Source of the DNA: Chrysomallon squamiferum
Lineage: Eukaryota; Animalia; Mollusca
Direction: 5' to 3'
NCBI GenBank assembly: GCA_012295275.1
Contig: CM022665.1
Span: 48,980,001 to 49,044,000, forward strand
DNA length: 64,000 nucleotides
The position numbers and the translations under genes are program-made. Positions within the stretch are counted from its first letter, which is position 1, and each line of letters begins with the position of its first letter. The notes under the pieces are model-generated. The model saw only the letters and a list, made by a program, of their open reading frames with translations, ran no database searches and was not told where the DNA came from. Shown here in pieces: positions 37,286 to 52,222 of this stretch.

Positions 37286-37503
37286 TAAATTTTTCCTTGA
37301 CTGTTCTATAACATTTTCACCAGTTTGAGATCTGGTAAACTGTCTCTTATCTGGATTTCTGTATCGCCAGATATAAACTAAATTAAAATTATAAATAACT
37401 GATTGTAATACTTTACTACATTTCATACAGAAAGTTTTATTATTAATGCCATAATCTAAAGTAGTATTGTATATATGTATGTATAATATTTAATATTTGT
37501 GTG

Positions 37504-37536
<33 letters not shown>

Positions 37537-38012
37537 TCATACATTATACATGTATGTATGTATGTTAGGCCAACCAGCAATTAACCGTCTAGAAATTATT
37601 TTCTTTACTCTTTTTGTCGACTTACTGACGTCAAATTGCTATATGATACACCTAAAATCATGGACTGCATCTGACTTAATTTTATGAAACAGTGACCGGG
37701 TGCACTCAAAGCGTGACTAAACAGAAAAGTATGTTTCGTCTCGCCTTGATAAACAAACAGAATGTCAGCGTCTGTTAAATTATGACACTGATTTTCAAAA
37801 ACTGATTGGAAACGAAGGTTTTATGTTTATTTAACATGTAGTGTATGAGTGTGTGGAGACATGTCGAATGGTCTTGATATGGTGAGCTTGTATTTCTTTT
37901 CTTCCTCTTATTTATTTATTTATTTATTCATTAATTTGTAACCTGTTTTTGTCTTTCTAAGTTACAGTATCATACAGTTCATCAGTACGTTTTAGCCAAA
38001 TTTATTTTTTCA

Positions 38013-38043
<31 letters not shown>

Positions 38044-38443
38044 TGACTCAAAACACCTTTCTCAGCGTTGTATATTTCGCCTCATTAAACATGTAAAATG
38101 TTACACGAACAAATTTCAAATTAGATTGTCCAGTGAATAGAGATATAAAAGCTACATAATAATAATAATAATAAAGAAAGAAAGAAAAAAGACAACAAAA
38201 AATGTGAAAAAGAAAAATAATTTTTTTCTCTGAGTAAAAGATAATCTTTATACGAACAAAGAGTAAAATACTAATACAATATATATAATCATATACTGAA
38301 TACAATAGTTACACACACAAACACACACACACACACACACACACATGCGCACATACGTACAGAGAATACATAAATTTAATTTCTTTATAATTTTATTTTT
38401 TATTTTTACGTAAAAGAAAATAAAGATATGTACACAAAAAGTT

Positions 38444-38448
38444 TATTA

Positions 38449-38546
<98 letters not shown>
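38444..38546. repeat. (TTA)n microsatellite
   Basis: Direct inspection. Confidence 0.95.
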
Positions 38547-39182
38547 TAATGTGTTACACATAGAACAACATTTTCTGTTCACGGATATGAAGGATGCTCT
38601 CTGACCACTTCTCCCATTAATACGTACAAAGAACAAAAATTAAAACTGGTATTTGAAAAAGACGAGTAGATGTGAAATTCGATACCTTTCTCAACGTTGT
38701 AGATTTCGCGTCATTCAACAAGTAAAATTTGATTAGAGATAATGTAGACCTATTTTAAATCCGGGTGTTAGAGATCTTGTTTCTTCTTTTCTTTATTGTG
38801 TACGTTCAAGTTGGTTGGAGCAAGGGACTGCTTCACTATACTCGTAGAGGAGGGGCCCAGGGCCGGTTCTGAGGATTCAGTGGTTTTAACATGATGAACA
38901 AAATGATATATTTTTATTTTGTTATTTCCTTTTTTTTTTTTTTTTAATTATTGATTTTTCATATGTTCCGTTTGCTTTCAATTTTCTAAAACGTTGTAAC
39001 CTATAACCAGCGAGATATGATGTGCTAAAAATAAAACTTTGAATCTTCATTCTAAAATAAATTTACAACGCACACACACAGACGTATAAAGGAGTTGACA
39101 TGAACAACAACAATAATCACACCTTCAACAATTATAATAATCCTATGTGTCTGCGTTTCTGTGTGTATGTATGTATTATGTA

Positions 39183-39223
<41 letters not shown>

Positions 39224-39379
39224 TATATCATGAAAAGTATTTTTGTTATAATAATTTATACTGAATTCAAGTTAGTTCTTACAAATTATTAATTAAAACA
39301 AATTTAGTGAATATTAAAATAAAGAAAGAAAGAAAGAAAAAAAAAGAAATAAAGAAAGCCATTGAAAAAATAAGATTGT

Positions 39380-42200
39380 TGGGATGACTGCTGCCCATCG
39401 TCTTCAGTTTAGAATGTCAACCCTCAACATGATTCGAAGTTCTGATACCAATTGTTTCGAAATACTTCCAGAAGTTTCTGCCGGGAGATTCAATCCACTG
39501 TGTGGTGACACAGTCCGCAAACATTAAGACTGGCTGAAACGTTCAACCGTATCACTTAATCTCTTACTAATCCCTACAGGCTGCGAACTACCCCGACTGT
39601 CACGAATAATCGTTGTCTGATATTCATAGTCTCAAAGCTGAGATTTTTATGATTATGGTGATTAAGTAGATAAACGGGATGTGCACCTGCACGTATCACA
39701 TTTATTTCTTAATACTAGCTGTGCTTCAAATAATGACTGTATTTAGCCTTTGGTAGCAACCACCCTAACGACGAACAAACAATTAAAACTTACTGAGGAA
39801 TAAAATAAAAAAATACAATCATATCAGAAACTGCTGGTGTATTATATATTAATACATATACCATAGGTAGAATAATTCATATAATTATCCTTCTTAGTAT
39901 ATTTCTTTTTTATTACTATGAAACAGTAATACTATTTTGTGATATGAGTCTATGAAATTTAACGATTTTTAAATGTCCAAAACTTCATAACCAGCAATCA
40001 ATGCAGATATTTTTTTTGTCCCATGGTTTTCTTTTCCCAAAGTTTATAAATAAAATAAAATGAAATAAAATAAAATAAATAAAATAAATAAATTTAAAAT
40101 TACTCTGTTTCCCGCTATATAATAGTAACGATAATACACTTTTTGTGTATATATCTTTATTTTCTTCTCTATAAATATAAAAATAAAATTATAAAAGAAA
40201 TTAAATTTATATGTATGATATTTGTTTCTCTTTATGATTAACGAAGAAACAACAATATTTGAGCTAAAATGGAACGGACAACATTAAATGGTTAATTAAT
40301 CAATAAGTATTTCACATATCTGGGCAATTCCATGAATCAAGATAAAAGCAAAACAAACAAAAATAATAATAATAATTTCAATATTTCATATATATATATA
40401 TATATCTAAAGTAAAATAAAATAAAATAAATGAAAATTCTTATTGACTTAATAGTAAATTTATTCTTTGTAATCTCACATGAAGGCGCATCTCATAATTT
40501 CAAGATTACAGACTACCCGAAAATAAGAATATTAAACACATCAAATAACTGACACTAAAATTGCTCAATTTATAACATCCATAGCATGAGTTTAAAGAAT
40601 AAGGAAGTTTAAAATAAGTTTTGGAAATAGCCGACAAAATACTGGATTTAAAACCCAGTCGATGTTCGTTCTAATTCTCTTAGTACTATCCAGGGCAAAG
40701 TCAGCCATTTTTCAAATTATGTTATCTGTATATGAGAGAGGAAAGAAATTTTTTAACATAACCGTTCAAAGAAATTTACATTATCTGAGAACGTGACTTC
40801 AAATTACCCAGCCAAAAATAGATACCCACTGATCATGCAGTAACAAACGTCAGGGACTTTAACTTTATGCTTGAATGACTGCTGCCCATCGTCTTCAGTT
40901 TAGAATGTGCTCGAAATAATGACTCTAATCTAAAAAAATTATGAGTCATAGCCTTTGTTAGGAACCACCCAAACGACGAACAAACAATTAAAACTTACTG
41001 AGGAATAAAAAAAAAAATACAAACATATCAGAAACTGCTGGTTTATTACATAATAATACATAGATTATAGGTAGAATAATTCATATAATTATCCTTCTTA
41101 GTATATTTCTTTCTTATTACTATGAAACAGAATATCTATTTTGTGATATGAGTCTATGAAATTTAACAATTTTTAAATGTCCAACACTTTATAACTAGCA
41201 ATCAATGCAGATCTTTTTTTTTTGCCCAATGGTTTTCTTTTTCCCAAAGTTTATAAATAAAATAAAATAAATAAAATAAAATAAATAAAATAAATAAATT
41301 TAAAATTACTCTGTTTCCCGCTATATAATATTAACAATAATACACTTTTTGTGTATATATCTTTATTGTCTTCTCTATAAATATAAAAATAAAATTATAA
41401 AAGAAATTAAATTTATATGTATGATATTTGTTTCTCTTTATTTTTTAACAACAATATTTTAGCTAAAATGGAACGGACAGCATTAAATGCTTAATTAATC
41501 AATAAGTATTTCACATATCTGGGCAATTCCATGAATCAAGATAAAAAGCAAAACAAACAAAAAACAATAATAATAATTTCAATATTTCACTATGCATATA
41601 TATATATATATATATATCTAAAGTAAAATAAAATAAAATAAATGAAAATTCTTATTGACTTAATAGTAAATTATTCTTTGTAATCTCATATGAAGGCGCG
41701 TCTCATAATTACAAGATTACAGACTACCCGAAAATAGGAATATTAAACACATCAAATAACTGACACTAAAATTGCTCAATTTATAACATCCATAGCATGA
41801 GTTTAAAGAATAAGGAAGTTTAAAATAAATTTTGGAAATAGCCGACAAAATACTGGATTTAAAACCCAGTCAGAGTAACGTCGAAAAAAAAAATATGTAT
41901 ATACATATGTACACACACACACACACACACATATAGATATAGATATATATATATATATATATATAAATTGTCTATGTGTGAAGAAAATCCGAAGGCATAC
42001 AGTCATGTTCTTTCTAATTCTCTTAGAATTTTCCATGGCAAAGTCAGTCTTCAAATTATATTATCTGTATTTGAGAGAGAAAAGAAATTTTTTAACATAA
42101 CCGTTCAAAGAAATTTACATTATCTGAGAACGTGACTTCAAATTACCCAGCCAAAAATAGATACCCACTGATCAACCAGTAACAAACGTCAAGGACTTTA
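39380..42200. repeat. Local ~1.2-1.5 kb tandem duplication within the third segmental block
   Basis: ATGACTGCTGCCCATCGTCTTCAG at ~39385 and ~40875; the downstream text is repeated. Confidence 0.8.
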
Positions 42201-42447
42201 ACTCTTGAATTACGTCCTCTATAATCTATCATTGTACTTGGAAAACAATTTAGTACAATTTCAACTTAAAGTTTGGTTTATTTATTTATTGGAAACAGAA
42301 AACATGTATAATATTTTTGAAAATAACGACTGCTATAAAGAGTACCTGGATAAAATATATAATTCAGAAAAATGTTTCTCTTTAATTTTAATTTATTCTA
42401 TGGCAGATAGGTGTTGTGCTAATGCCTATTTTAAGACTTTTTAATCT

Positions 42448-42548
<101 letters not shown>

Positions 42549-43671
42549 TCTTCTTCTTGTACCACATATCAAATATTTCGTATGATATAATGCTAAAAGC
42601 ATGAACGGTGATGTTTTCACAGGAAATAAAGAAAAACAGACACAAAATCAAAACAAAAACAAATAAAACAACAAAAAACAAACAAACAAACAACATAAAA
42701 TCAGCAGAAATGAAGTGGATTTTCATAAATAAATCTCTCCTCTAACCCCTGTTTTAATCAAATACTACGATTGTACAAAGACAGTAAGGTATGGAGATAT
42801 CATCTAACAGCAGGCATCAATGCATTATATACAGTTTTTTAGACAATATTTATTATGAATGACTCATTAAGACATAGACTGTAGTCGTTGCAGGCCATTT
42901 TAGAAAAAGTTCAAAGATATGTTGTTTCTTTTTCGATTACTAAAGATTTGTTAAAATGGACCGAAATGAAATGAACTGAAATTTATGATATGAAACAACT
43001 TAAAAATATTTGTAAAATTTATAGTTTATTGTATCAAACATTCTATGGATAGGTTATAATAATTTTTGGAAATAGTCGACAAAATATTGGATTTAAAGCA
43101 ATATGCCCAGGCAGTGTAATGTCGAAAAAAAAATTCTAAATTGTTTATGGGTGAAGAAAATCTGAAGGCATACAACATGTTTTCTCTAATTCTCTTAGTA
43201 CTATCCAGGGCAAAGTCAGACTTTTTTTCATCTTTTAAAGTCTGCCCATTGATTTAGTCCTGATTTAATATGTTTCACTGTTTATATAATAATTATGTCA
43301 TTACAAAAGTGTTCACAATCATCAAAGCTGATGTTGTCCTATATTTCATCTTACATTTCAGCCATTAAACTTATAATATTATGTTCAACACTGAAATCTA
43401 CTTCCATACTTTCAAGAATGTTAAATTTCTCAAAAATGTTTTTTTTTCCATACTTTATTCCATTTAAATTTAAAAGATTACTGATCCTAAGATTTCGTGG
43501 AAATTGGATTATTAAAAAATGTTGATCTCATAACATCGTAATATCTTTTAGCATCTAACTTGTAAAATATTAACTTATGGTTAAAAAAATTACATTACCG
43601 TTTTTCGATATACAAAGACTGACATGCATACAGATTTGACTGAGAAAATAATAATCCCAGATAATGTCATT

Positions 43672-44553
43672 TTAAGACACAACGCATTTTGATCTGCTCT
43701 CCCTTGTTAACGTGTAGATAAACTCATCCTTGTTCGAAGAACAGGTCAGCGTGTAGTGCCCATGTGTTTCACTTTTCGTGGAGTCGTCTTTGAGACTATC
43801 CAAAGCATTTCGTAGCGGCTGTTGATCACCAATACGGATGGAATGTCTGTAATTCCCAGTTAATGGATTTTTAAAAGTCTATATAACAATAAAGCTGTTT
43901 TGTGCCAACTCGAAATTCCAGACAGCCCTGCACACCCGCTGGACCTTCAGCCTCGATGTATAATTGATTATTTGGTTTAATATCATTTTTGTTTTGTATC
44001 GAACCTTCAAGGAATTTCTCTGAAATGAAGAACATTTTTTTCGTCGTTCTGTTACGGATTGTGATTTTCACAGATCGTGCAGCCATCTGCTTAGCAGCAT
44101 TTTGGACGAGTTCATTGCTGTAAGAAAACATATGTTTGAAAAGGTTGTACATATACTCAAAAAAACTAAAAAGGCAAGCAAACAAAAACCAAACAAAAAA
44201 AAAAAAAAAAAAAAAAAAAAAACACATAAAAAATAAAATAAAAAAATAAACAGAAAAAAAACCCTGCAATTTTCCTTCAGTTTGACATATATCCAACTTT
44301 ACTCAGTCTAATAAAAGCGGTTACGCATGACAACAAAACAGATAACACCAGTTAAATTAAATTCAGTCTAATTATACTGAGTTAAATCGGTTATCTAATG
44401 GCGAAATGGAATACAGTTATATGTGAAAAAAGTTAAACGAAAGTTATTGCGATTACGAATTACTGTAATTATTTTGACTTATCTGATGTTGAAATGATTG
44501 TGTAATAAAACGAACTTTGCTAATGACCACAGGCTTCCCGCAGCTGCCAACAT
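43672..44553 (-). pseudogene. Actinoporin/aegerolysin-like CaaX gene copy 5 (subfamily B; exons 44553-44516 and 44117-43672), frameshifted at ~43878
   Basis: A 1-nt insertion (GACT vs GCT) gives YIDF*. The downstream NPLTG...SRSKCVVS* is retained out of frame. Confidence 0.7.
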
Positions 44554-45345
44554 TGTTAATAAACACAGTCAACGTTGATATAGATAACTTCTCCAACAGA
44601 TAATATAATTAATGAAACAGAGGCAAACAGTCTTGAAAATTTCAGTTCAGAAAATTATATCTTTGTCCAAAACACTCTATTTGTGTCTATCGATTCAAAT
44701 GAATTCGTTATATGAATACAAGACTGATATCATGAGAGGATTGTTGGGAAATTACCAGCGAAAAGGACGCTTTTTCTCGGGAAAAACACTGTATATTCTT
44801 TCAATGATTGAAACGTAATACTCTTTATATAAACATGACAGCATTGGTGGCAAATTGCCAGGGAAAAGAAAAGACTTTACGTTAATCTTTTTTTAAATTT
44901 TGTAACCGATCAAGGAATGATCATATTGTTAAAATATTTAGAATAGAATAATGAAAGATTGTTTGAAAATAATGATTAACAATAACAATAATGAAAATTA
45001 ATATGAAACTCATTATAAGTACCCCATATCGACAATGTGTATATTATAATGACAAAACACTGAACCTACATAAATAAGCCATAAATAAAAGTTTCATGTG
45101 GTTTATCACCGTTATTATTCACTATCGCATCTACGTTGTTATAAACAAGCAGGAGTTCCAGAGAAATCAGCTACTGTGTTAAATTCATAGTACATGCGTT
45201 AGAGGTCTTTGTACACGTATTTCTAAGGGAAATCAACGATACCAAATAGTTCTCCTTTTCTTCCTTAAAAGTAATATCAAAATCTCGAGATAGTACACCA
45301 TATGGACAATAAATTATTTATGTAATTTTGTTTTAATTCTGTTTG

Positions 45346-45376
<31 letters not shown>

Positions 45377-46404
45377 CGTTATCTTCTTTTTTGTTTGTTT
45401 TTTCAATCATGGCGAAATGGTTACGCTAATTTACTATATATTTTAGAGTAGAATCACATCAAATAACGTTGACAAATAACCACCGTATTGATTGTTTAAT
45501 AGCCATTTGAAGTGAAGCAGTAGTGCCCGTTTCTAAAAAAATCAAAAAAAAAAAATCCTCGGGAATAACTCTCTATGGTCATCTGCAGTAGTAAACACCA
45601 AAATAACAAAAAAATAAATAAAAATAAAAACCTCTTCAGGAACGACGACTCTTAATCTGAAATGATTTTATGTTCATCGATCACTCGAAAATTATCTTCA
45701 GTTATCTTTATACTTTCAGAACCAATTTATTTACGCAGATACGCAGATGTTATAAATATACAGAAAACTGATGCAGAAACTGACCCATTATTCATAGAAC
45801 TGTAAGATCTTCATTAAAATAAAATAATTCAAAATTAATAACATTATTAGCACGGAAGTGGGTAATAACTCATTGAGGAGGAGCTGTAGGTCGAAGGATC
45901 TATCCTCCTTTATCGCGCCCACTGCGGTTATTTCCCGTCTCAAACATTTCTACAAGAACGGTTTAATAAATATCAGGTAATTAGCTCTCCTGTCCACGGG
46001 AAGGTGCACATAGAACATTTCTGTACACCTAATCAAATAAAAGTAACCACAACTGGTTTCTTTTCGTATGTCACTCAAACATAATCATTATATTATGCAA
46101 TAATTATGTTAATTAAAATATTTTATCTGCTTGTTAAATAAAACATTTCTATATTTCACAATGAGGTGATTACGAATAGTTTTTTTTTATCTCCAACATT
46201 TATTTATAATAAATAAACAAATAAATAAATAAAAATAAAGAACAGTAACTACACATTTCTAAGAATTAACGTTTTCATACACAAATATTTTTTCAAAACA
46301 GTTATATAAATGAAAATATTGCTCTATATTCATTCTAATTATGTATTAATGATGTGTTAATTTTGCTTTAAAATGAAAAATGGATACTGAGGATTTTACT
46401 GCAT

Positions 46405-46443
<39 letters not shown>

Positions 46444-46670
46444 TAAAATAATAATAATAATAATAAGAAGAATTTGACTAAATCAATTAATTTAATAAAT
46501 CTGAAATTATGTTTTATTTCATTCACACATGCTCATGCATACACACATACATATATTAAAAAGAAGCACATTAACATGTACAAATACAAAACCAATTTTT
46601 AATTCATAGTTTGAACACTAAAAATAGTCAGATAAAACAAGGTACACAGAAAAACTAAAACTTAAATTAA

Positions 46671-46721
<51 letters not shown>

Positions 46722-48196
46722 CCACAAACACACAAACAACAACAACAAAACAAAAAAACCCATAACCAAAAAACAACAACATATACTTATATCCATACAC
46801 ATTTACAAACGATTTTGAATATATTACGGAGAAAAAATTGGACAACTCTTATTGTTGTATCATATTTTATTTCTGACGATAATAAAAATAATAATACAGT
46901 AAACACTGGCCTAAGTCGTCTAAACATCTAAATCGTCACCTGACGCTTGGTCCTAAGCAACATTTAAACCCTTGTTAATTTCCAGCTTTTATCTGCGACA
47001 GACACACCTGTCGTGGACGTGCTTCACAACAGCTTGCTCTGATTAGGACGTTTATTTTTTTCAAGGTTCAATGTTCCAGCTCTGAGTTGTCAGTGGGAAA
47101 TCCCTCGGCTGTCATGTCAATACACAGACTCAGTTTCCAGGAAAAATCTAAACGTTTTTCGTCGAAACACAATTAACCCACTTATATTAAGCTGTTGGCA
47201 CAGATTTAGACATGCACTGTGCGTTGGGATATTGATAAGGACGTGACTTGTCTCGCGTGTGGCTGAATTAACAGATTATTTTAGAAAGCGCACGCACGAT
47301 TGCTCCCGTCTGACAAAGCGAGCTACGTTTGATAGTGATATGCATAGAAGTGAAATACATGTACAGCGCATGGCTTGAATAACGCCGTCGTAGTGTTACT
47401 ATGCTTCGTATGCTTTCACTAAATATGGCCCCGTGGAAAGAAGAAGAAGAACAGAAACGATTATGTTTTTCCACCTCTTTTTCCAGCAAATGTTCCATGA
47501 TGGTTTCTCCTTTGAATTTCATTTTGTACCCGCTTGGGACATTGTACTAATCATAATATATATATCATTTCGCAATGTCCCGAATAGTTTCTAAACATGT
47601 TGTTTAAATGTAACACCCGTCGTCTTGAAGGAGGAAGTCCGTTTTTACCCCAAGCTCTTGGCAACACCAAGCTGTTGCTGCATGAAGACGCCATTTTCCT
47701 CATCTTTCAATTATCTTGGGTATGTGTGTTCTTATTTGACTGTGAAATCAGAGATAACTATATCTTTAAAAAATCAAATAAAAGCAAGTACAGAGTCAGG
47801 AAACATATCTGAAATATAACATGTAGCACAGCGTCGACGGTGTAACGGTTGAATTCTTCTTCTGCTGATATTTCTGATTTAAAAAGAGGCAAGGCAGCGT
47901 GACTTGATATATATCGATATATATATACATATATGTCATCGTATAGGGGAGACTCAGTTGCGTGCAGAGGTCTGTTTATGTCCGGGGTCAAACTCTTTCA
48001 TTGTATGCCGCAAAGACTCAAGTATAAGGCCTAGAACTGAGAGATATTATAAGAAAAGAAAATATTTGAATATGTAAACATAGATGACGCATAAAATAAA
48101 CAAATAGAATAATCAACCAAATTTATTAAGTTCTCTTCTCTACCATTAGTCTTTATTTATCGATATCGGAATGTTAAAAGATAAGTTAGTTATATA

Positions 48197-48540
48197 GTCT
48201 TACCAAGACAAAGTACTTCTGACTTGTCTACATTGACTTTTGCCCATACAGCACTACAATACTTATTTATTGTTTAAAAACAGATTCAACAGACTGAGCA
48301 TCATGAACAGTTACAGTGGTATCATCGGCATGCTGAAATAATAAAGAATTAAATTCATTTGTTATTCTAATTCCATTGTTGCTATGTCTCTTTTTAATTA
48401 AATTATTTAAGGGATCAGCTATAACATAAAGCATCACTGCTATTGGACATCCTTGACTAACACCTCTTATAATATTAACGAAAGGTGTTAAACGCCCATT
48501 AATCGTGACACAATATTTTTTTTTATATCGTTATATAATT
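48197..48540 (-). mobile_element. Tx1 RT fragment, inverted
   Basis: Reverse complement of the RGVSQGCP...FQHADD...SEVLCLG region. Confidence 0.85.
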
Positions 48541-48714
48541 TTTTAATGTTTTGCCTTGTAAAGTTAGTTCGTTCTATAAATAAGCCATGAGAAAATGTTT
48601 CATGTGGCATATCGCAGTTATATTCACTATCGCATATACGCTATAGTCACGTAGCAGTTCCCGAGAAAAACATACAGTTTTAAATTACATTTCCGTTCCA
48701 ATATCGATAAATAC

Positions 48715-49075
48715 TGTGTTAAAATTCTAGGTATATGTTTAGGACCAAATAAGTTATTATGTAAAAGGTTGAACTGGAAATGTAAATTAGATACAATTAG
48801 TAATTTAATTATTTTATGATGTCAAAGGAAACTAACTTTACAATGAAAAACAGAAGTATGGAATATTTTATCAACATCTAGACTGTGTTATACCACTAGC
48901 GCAATAAATGTACCAAATTGGGTAGAAAACGAAATTTACAAGTTATTTTGTAAATTTATGTGGGAAGTTAAAACATCTTTAATAAAATATTGAACAATAA
49001 TTGGAAATAAAAAAATTGGTGGGCTAAATAATCAAGAAGTTTCGTTAAAGAAAATGGCTTTGCGTGTTAAAATAC
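48715..49075 (+). mobile_element. Tx1 post-RT fragment (duplicate of 33530-33830)
   Basis: KILGICLGP...GGLN...KKMA; same junction to the downstream sequence as at 33830. Confidence 0.85.
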
Positions 49076-49159
49076 TATGCAGCAACAGCTTGGTGTTGTC
49101 AAGAGCTTGGTGCGAAAGTGGACCTTTTTCATTCAAGACGACGATTCGGGTGGCGTCGG

Positions 49160-52155
49160 GTGTGGACGTGTTTCACATCGGCTCCCGCTTTGGAAAGTTT
49201 TATTTGAAATCAAAAATTATGTCTTGGGCGGAAGAATCACAAAAGTTTGAAGAAACGGTTAAAGGTATGGATTTAAGAAAACAAATAATGAAGAAAAATA
49301 TTTATAAAAAGAAGAATGCACAGTCCTTATAAATGTTGAAGTCAACAAGAAAATATCAGCAGGTGACATAATTGTTTGTGTAAGTGTCTAGTGTAATTAA
49401 AGATTGTGTACCGAAAGGATCGGACACGTACGAAGTAACACTAGATGATATCATACAAGCCAGAATGATTGCAGAAATTGATGAAGTAGAACTGAAAGGA
49501 CTAAAAATGAAGGCAAGAATGTTTAAATTTGAAACTATAGTTGTTTCGTTTTCACACTTGCCTGCATACAGAAGTGATTGAAAAAAAAATTATTTACCTT
49601 ATTCGATGAATTTAGGACATTTGAAGGAATAGAATATTTTCGTGTGTTACACGACAATCAAATAAGAGTAATGTTACAAATGTATGGCTGACAATCATTT
49701 ATTGAAGGTCTGCCCAGATATAACATGTCACAATTGCAAACAAAAAGGACATTTTCCTAGAAATTGCCCGAAAATGTTTCTGTGTGAAAAGTGTGGAAAC
49801 AAAGAAGATGAATGTGAGTGTTGGACAGTGTACGACCTCGATGACGAGAAAAACAGCGACAGTGACAGTGATGGTATAGAGTAGATTACAGATAACGTAA
49901 AATCAAAGGAGAAAAAAGAAAGTGAAGCAAAACGTATCCACAGGATAAATACAACAGAAATGAAAAACAATATGGAAAAACAAAAATCGGAAAATGGAGA
50001 TGACGAGAAAAACAGCGACAGTGACAGTGATGGTATAGAGTAGATTACAGATAACGTAAAATCAAAGGAGAAAAAAGAAAGTGAAGCAAAACGTATCCAC
50101 AGGATAAATACAACAGAAATGAAAAACAATATGGAAAAACAAAAATCGGAAAATGGAGAAACACCAGAAAAAAAAACCCCGATGAAAACATAACAATGAA
50201 AAATACTAACAAGGACGCTGAAACTATCGAAGCAGAAAATAGTAAGCAGAGTAAAACAACGCGTCGAACGAGATTGATCAAGCATCCATCAGAAGAAAAA
50301 CTGTGGAGCTTAGTAGAAAATAGAAAACAAAAACAGAGACAAGCAGCGCACATGAAAAGTGTGAGAGAAAGTGTTGCCAGGGCGATGAAAGAGTAAGGTG
50401 AGGGGAATATAGACAAGATGTAGAATATTTCAAAAAATGGATAATAGTTTTATAGCTTTTCTAATTGTAATTATGATTTTGTCTATAAAAGCAAATGGAC
50501 TGAGGGATATTGGGAAATTAAATTCAGTTTTTTTAACTATTAAAAGTAAACATGCAAATATTTTTCTTCAGGAAACATTTTGGGATAATGACTTCATTGA
50601 GAGATATAAGCATTTATGGGAAGGAAATATATTTTATAATAATTGTCCAAATAATAAAAAAGAACGGGTGTAGCAATATTGGTATCAAAAGAATGTTTAC
50701 ATTTAATAGTTGCGACAATGAAGGCAGGATTTTAAAAATTAATACTAAAATAGAGTTTTATAAATGTATATGCGCCAAATAATACTGAAGAAAGAATTTT
50801 ATTTTTTAAAGGATTATGTAAATTTGTGGATTTAGAAAATACAGTAATGGCAGGAGATTTTAATGAAAACACTTAGATCCTAATTTAGATTTAGGCATTA
50901 ATAATAAAACTTTCGGTATGAAAAGTAGTAATGAAATACAGTCAGTTATTTGTAAAGCTATTGTTGAAATTATTAATAATGCTACTAATTGTCCTTTGTT
51001 ACAGACTGAACCTAATGTTTGGTGTGATAACTTAAAATATAAAATGAAAACATGTACACAAATTTTGCAATAAAAAAGAGAAATTCAGACAACCAAAAAT
51101 ATCATGATATACAATATGCTTTAAAACGAGAATATGCTAAACTAGCTGTAAATAAACATCATGATTTGAGTAACATACAGATTTTAGAACAAAAGTTAAA
51201 ATTAATTGAGAGATCTAAGTGCAATGGTGCTATTTTAAGATCAAAAGCTCAGTGGAATATAGATATAGATTGAAATACCTCGTTTTTTCTCATTTTAGAA
51301 AAATCAAAACAGGAATCAAATTGTATTAAAGAACTAAAAACAGTAAATGGATTAACAAGAAAAACGGAAGATATATTGACTTTTATTCAGAATTAATTAG
51401 ACAAGAAAATGTAGATATAATTCAACAGGAAGAAATAATATAGTTAATTTCAAATAAACTAAAGGAATCATAAAGTGAAAACTGTGAGAAAGACATTACA
51501 ATTGAATAATTAACAGAAGCTTTAAAAGAAATGAATAGAAATAAATCACCTGGTATGGATGTTCTAACAGTGGAATTGTATGTTAAATTCTGGGAAAATT
51601 AAAAAAGTAGTTATGTCAATTCAAAAAGAGGAAATGTTGCCACGTAGTATGAAAAAAAGGGGTAATTCGTCTATTTTAAAAGAAAAAAGGATATAAAGCA
51701 GACCTACAAAATGTCAGACCAATCAGTCTTTTAAATGTAGATTATAAAATTATTTCTAAATTTGTTGCAAATCCTCTTAAACAAGTAATGTCAACTATTA
51801 TTTCATCAGAACAAACCTGTTGTGTAAAAGGAAGAGATATTGCTGACAATATTATGTCAGTAACAGATTTTATAGATATTGTCGAGTTAAATAATACTGA
51901 AGAGTATATAGTTAAAATTCATCAAGAGAAAGCTTTTGATAGAGTAAGAAATAGTTTAATTTTAAAAGTTCTTAAAAAATTCAATTTTGAGCATACTTTT
52001 ATAAAGTGGATTAAAATTCTATATAAAATTTAAAACGTTGTTTAAAAATTAATGAACATTTAATAAATTTATTCAACATTACAAGAGGTATTAGACAACA
52101 ATGTCCAAGATCAATTAAGATTTATATTATCGTAGCTGAGCCCTAAAATAATTAA
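49160..52155 (+). mobile_element. Tx1-clade LINE, 5'-intact but degenerate and 3'-truncated; ORF1 ATG at 49219; 159-bp internal tandem duplication (49840/49999)
   Basis: MSWAEE start, CHNCKQKGHFPRNC knuckle, FLQETF, and RT remnants up to the RGIRQ region. Confidence 0.9.
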
Positions 52156-52190
52156 CAAAACATTTTAAAAGGAAACGTCCATTTCCACGA

Positions 52191-52222
52191 AGTCGATCCG
52201 GGTTCGACTCCCGGCCGACGCA
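52191..52222 (+). pseudogene. 3' half of tRNA-Gly at the Tx1/array junction
   Basis: Only AGTCGATCCGGGTTCGACTCCCGGCCGACGCA is present. Confidence 0.85.
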
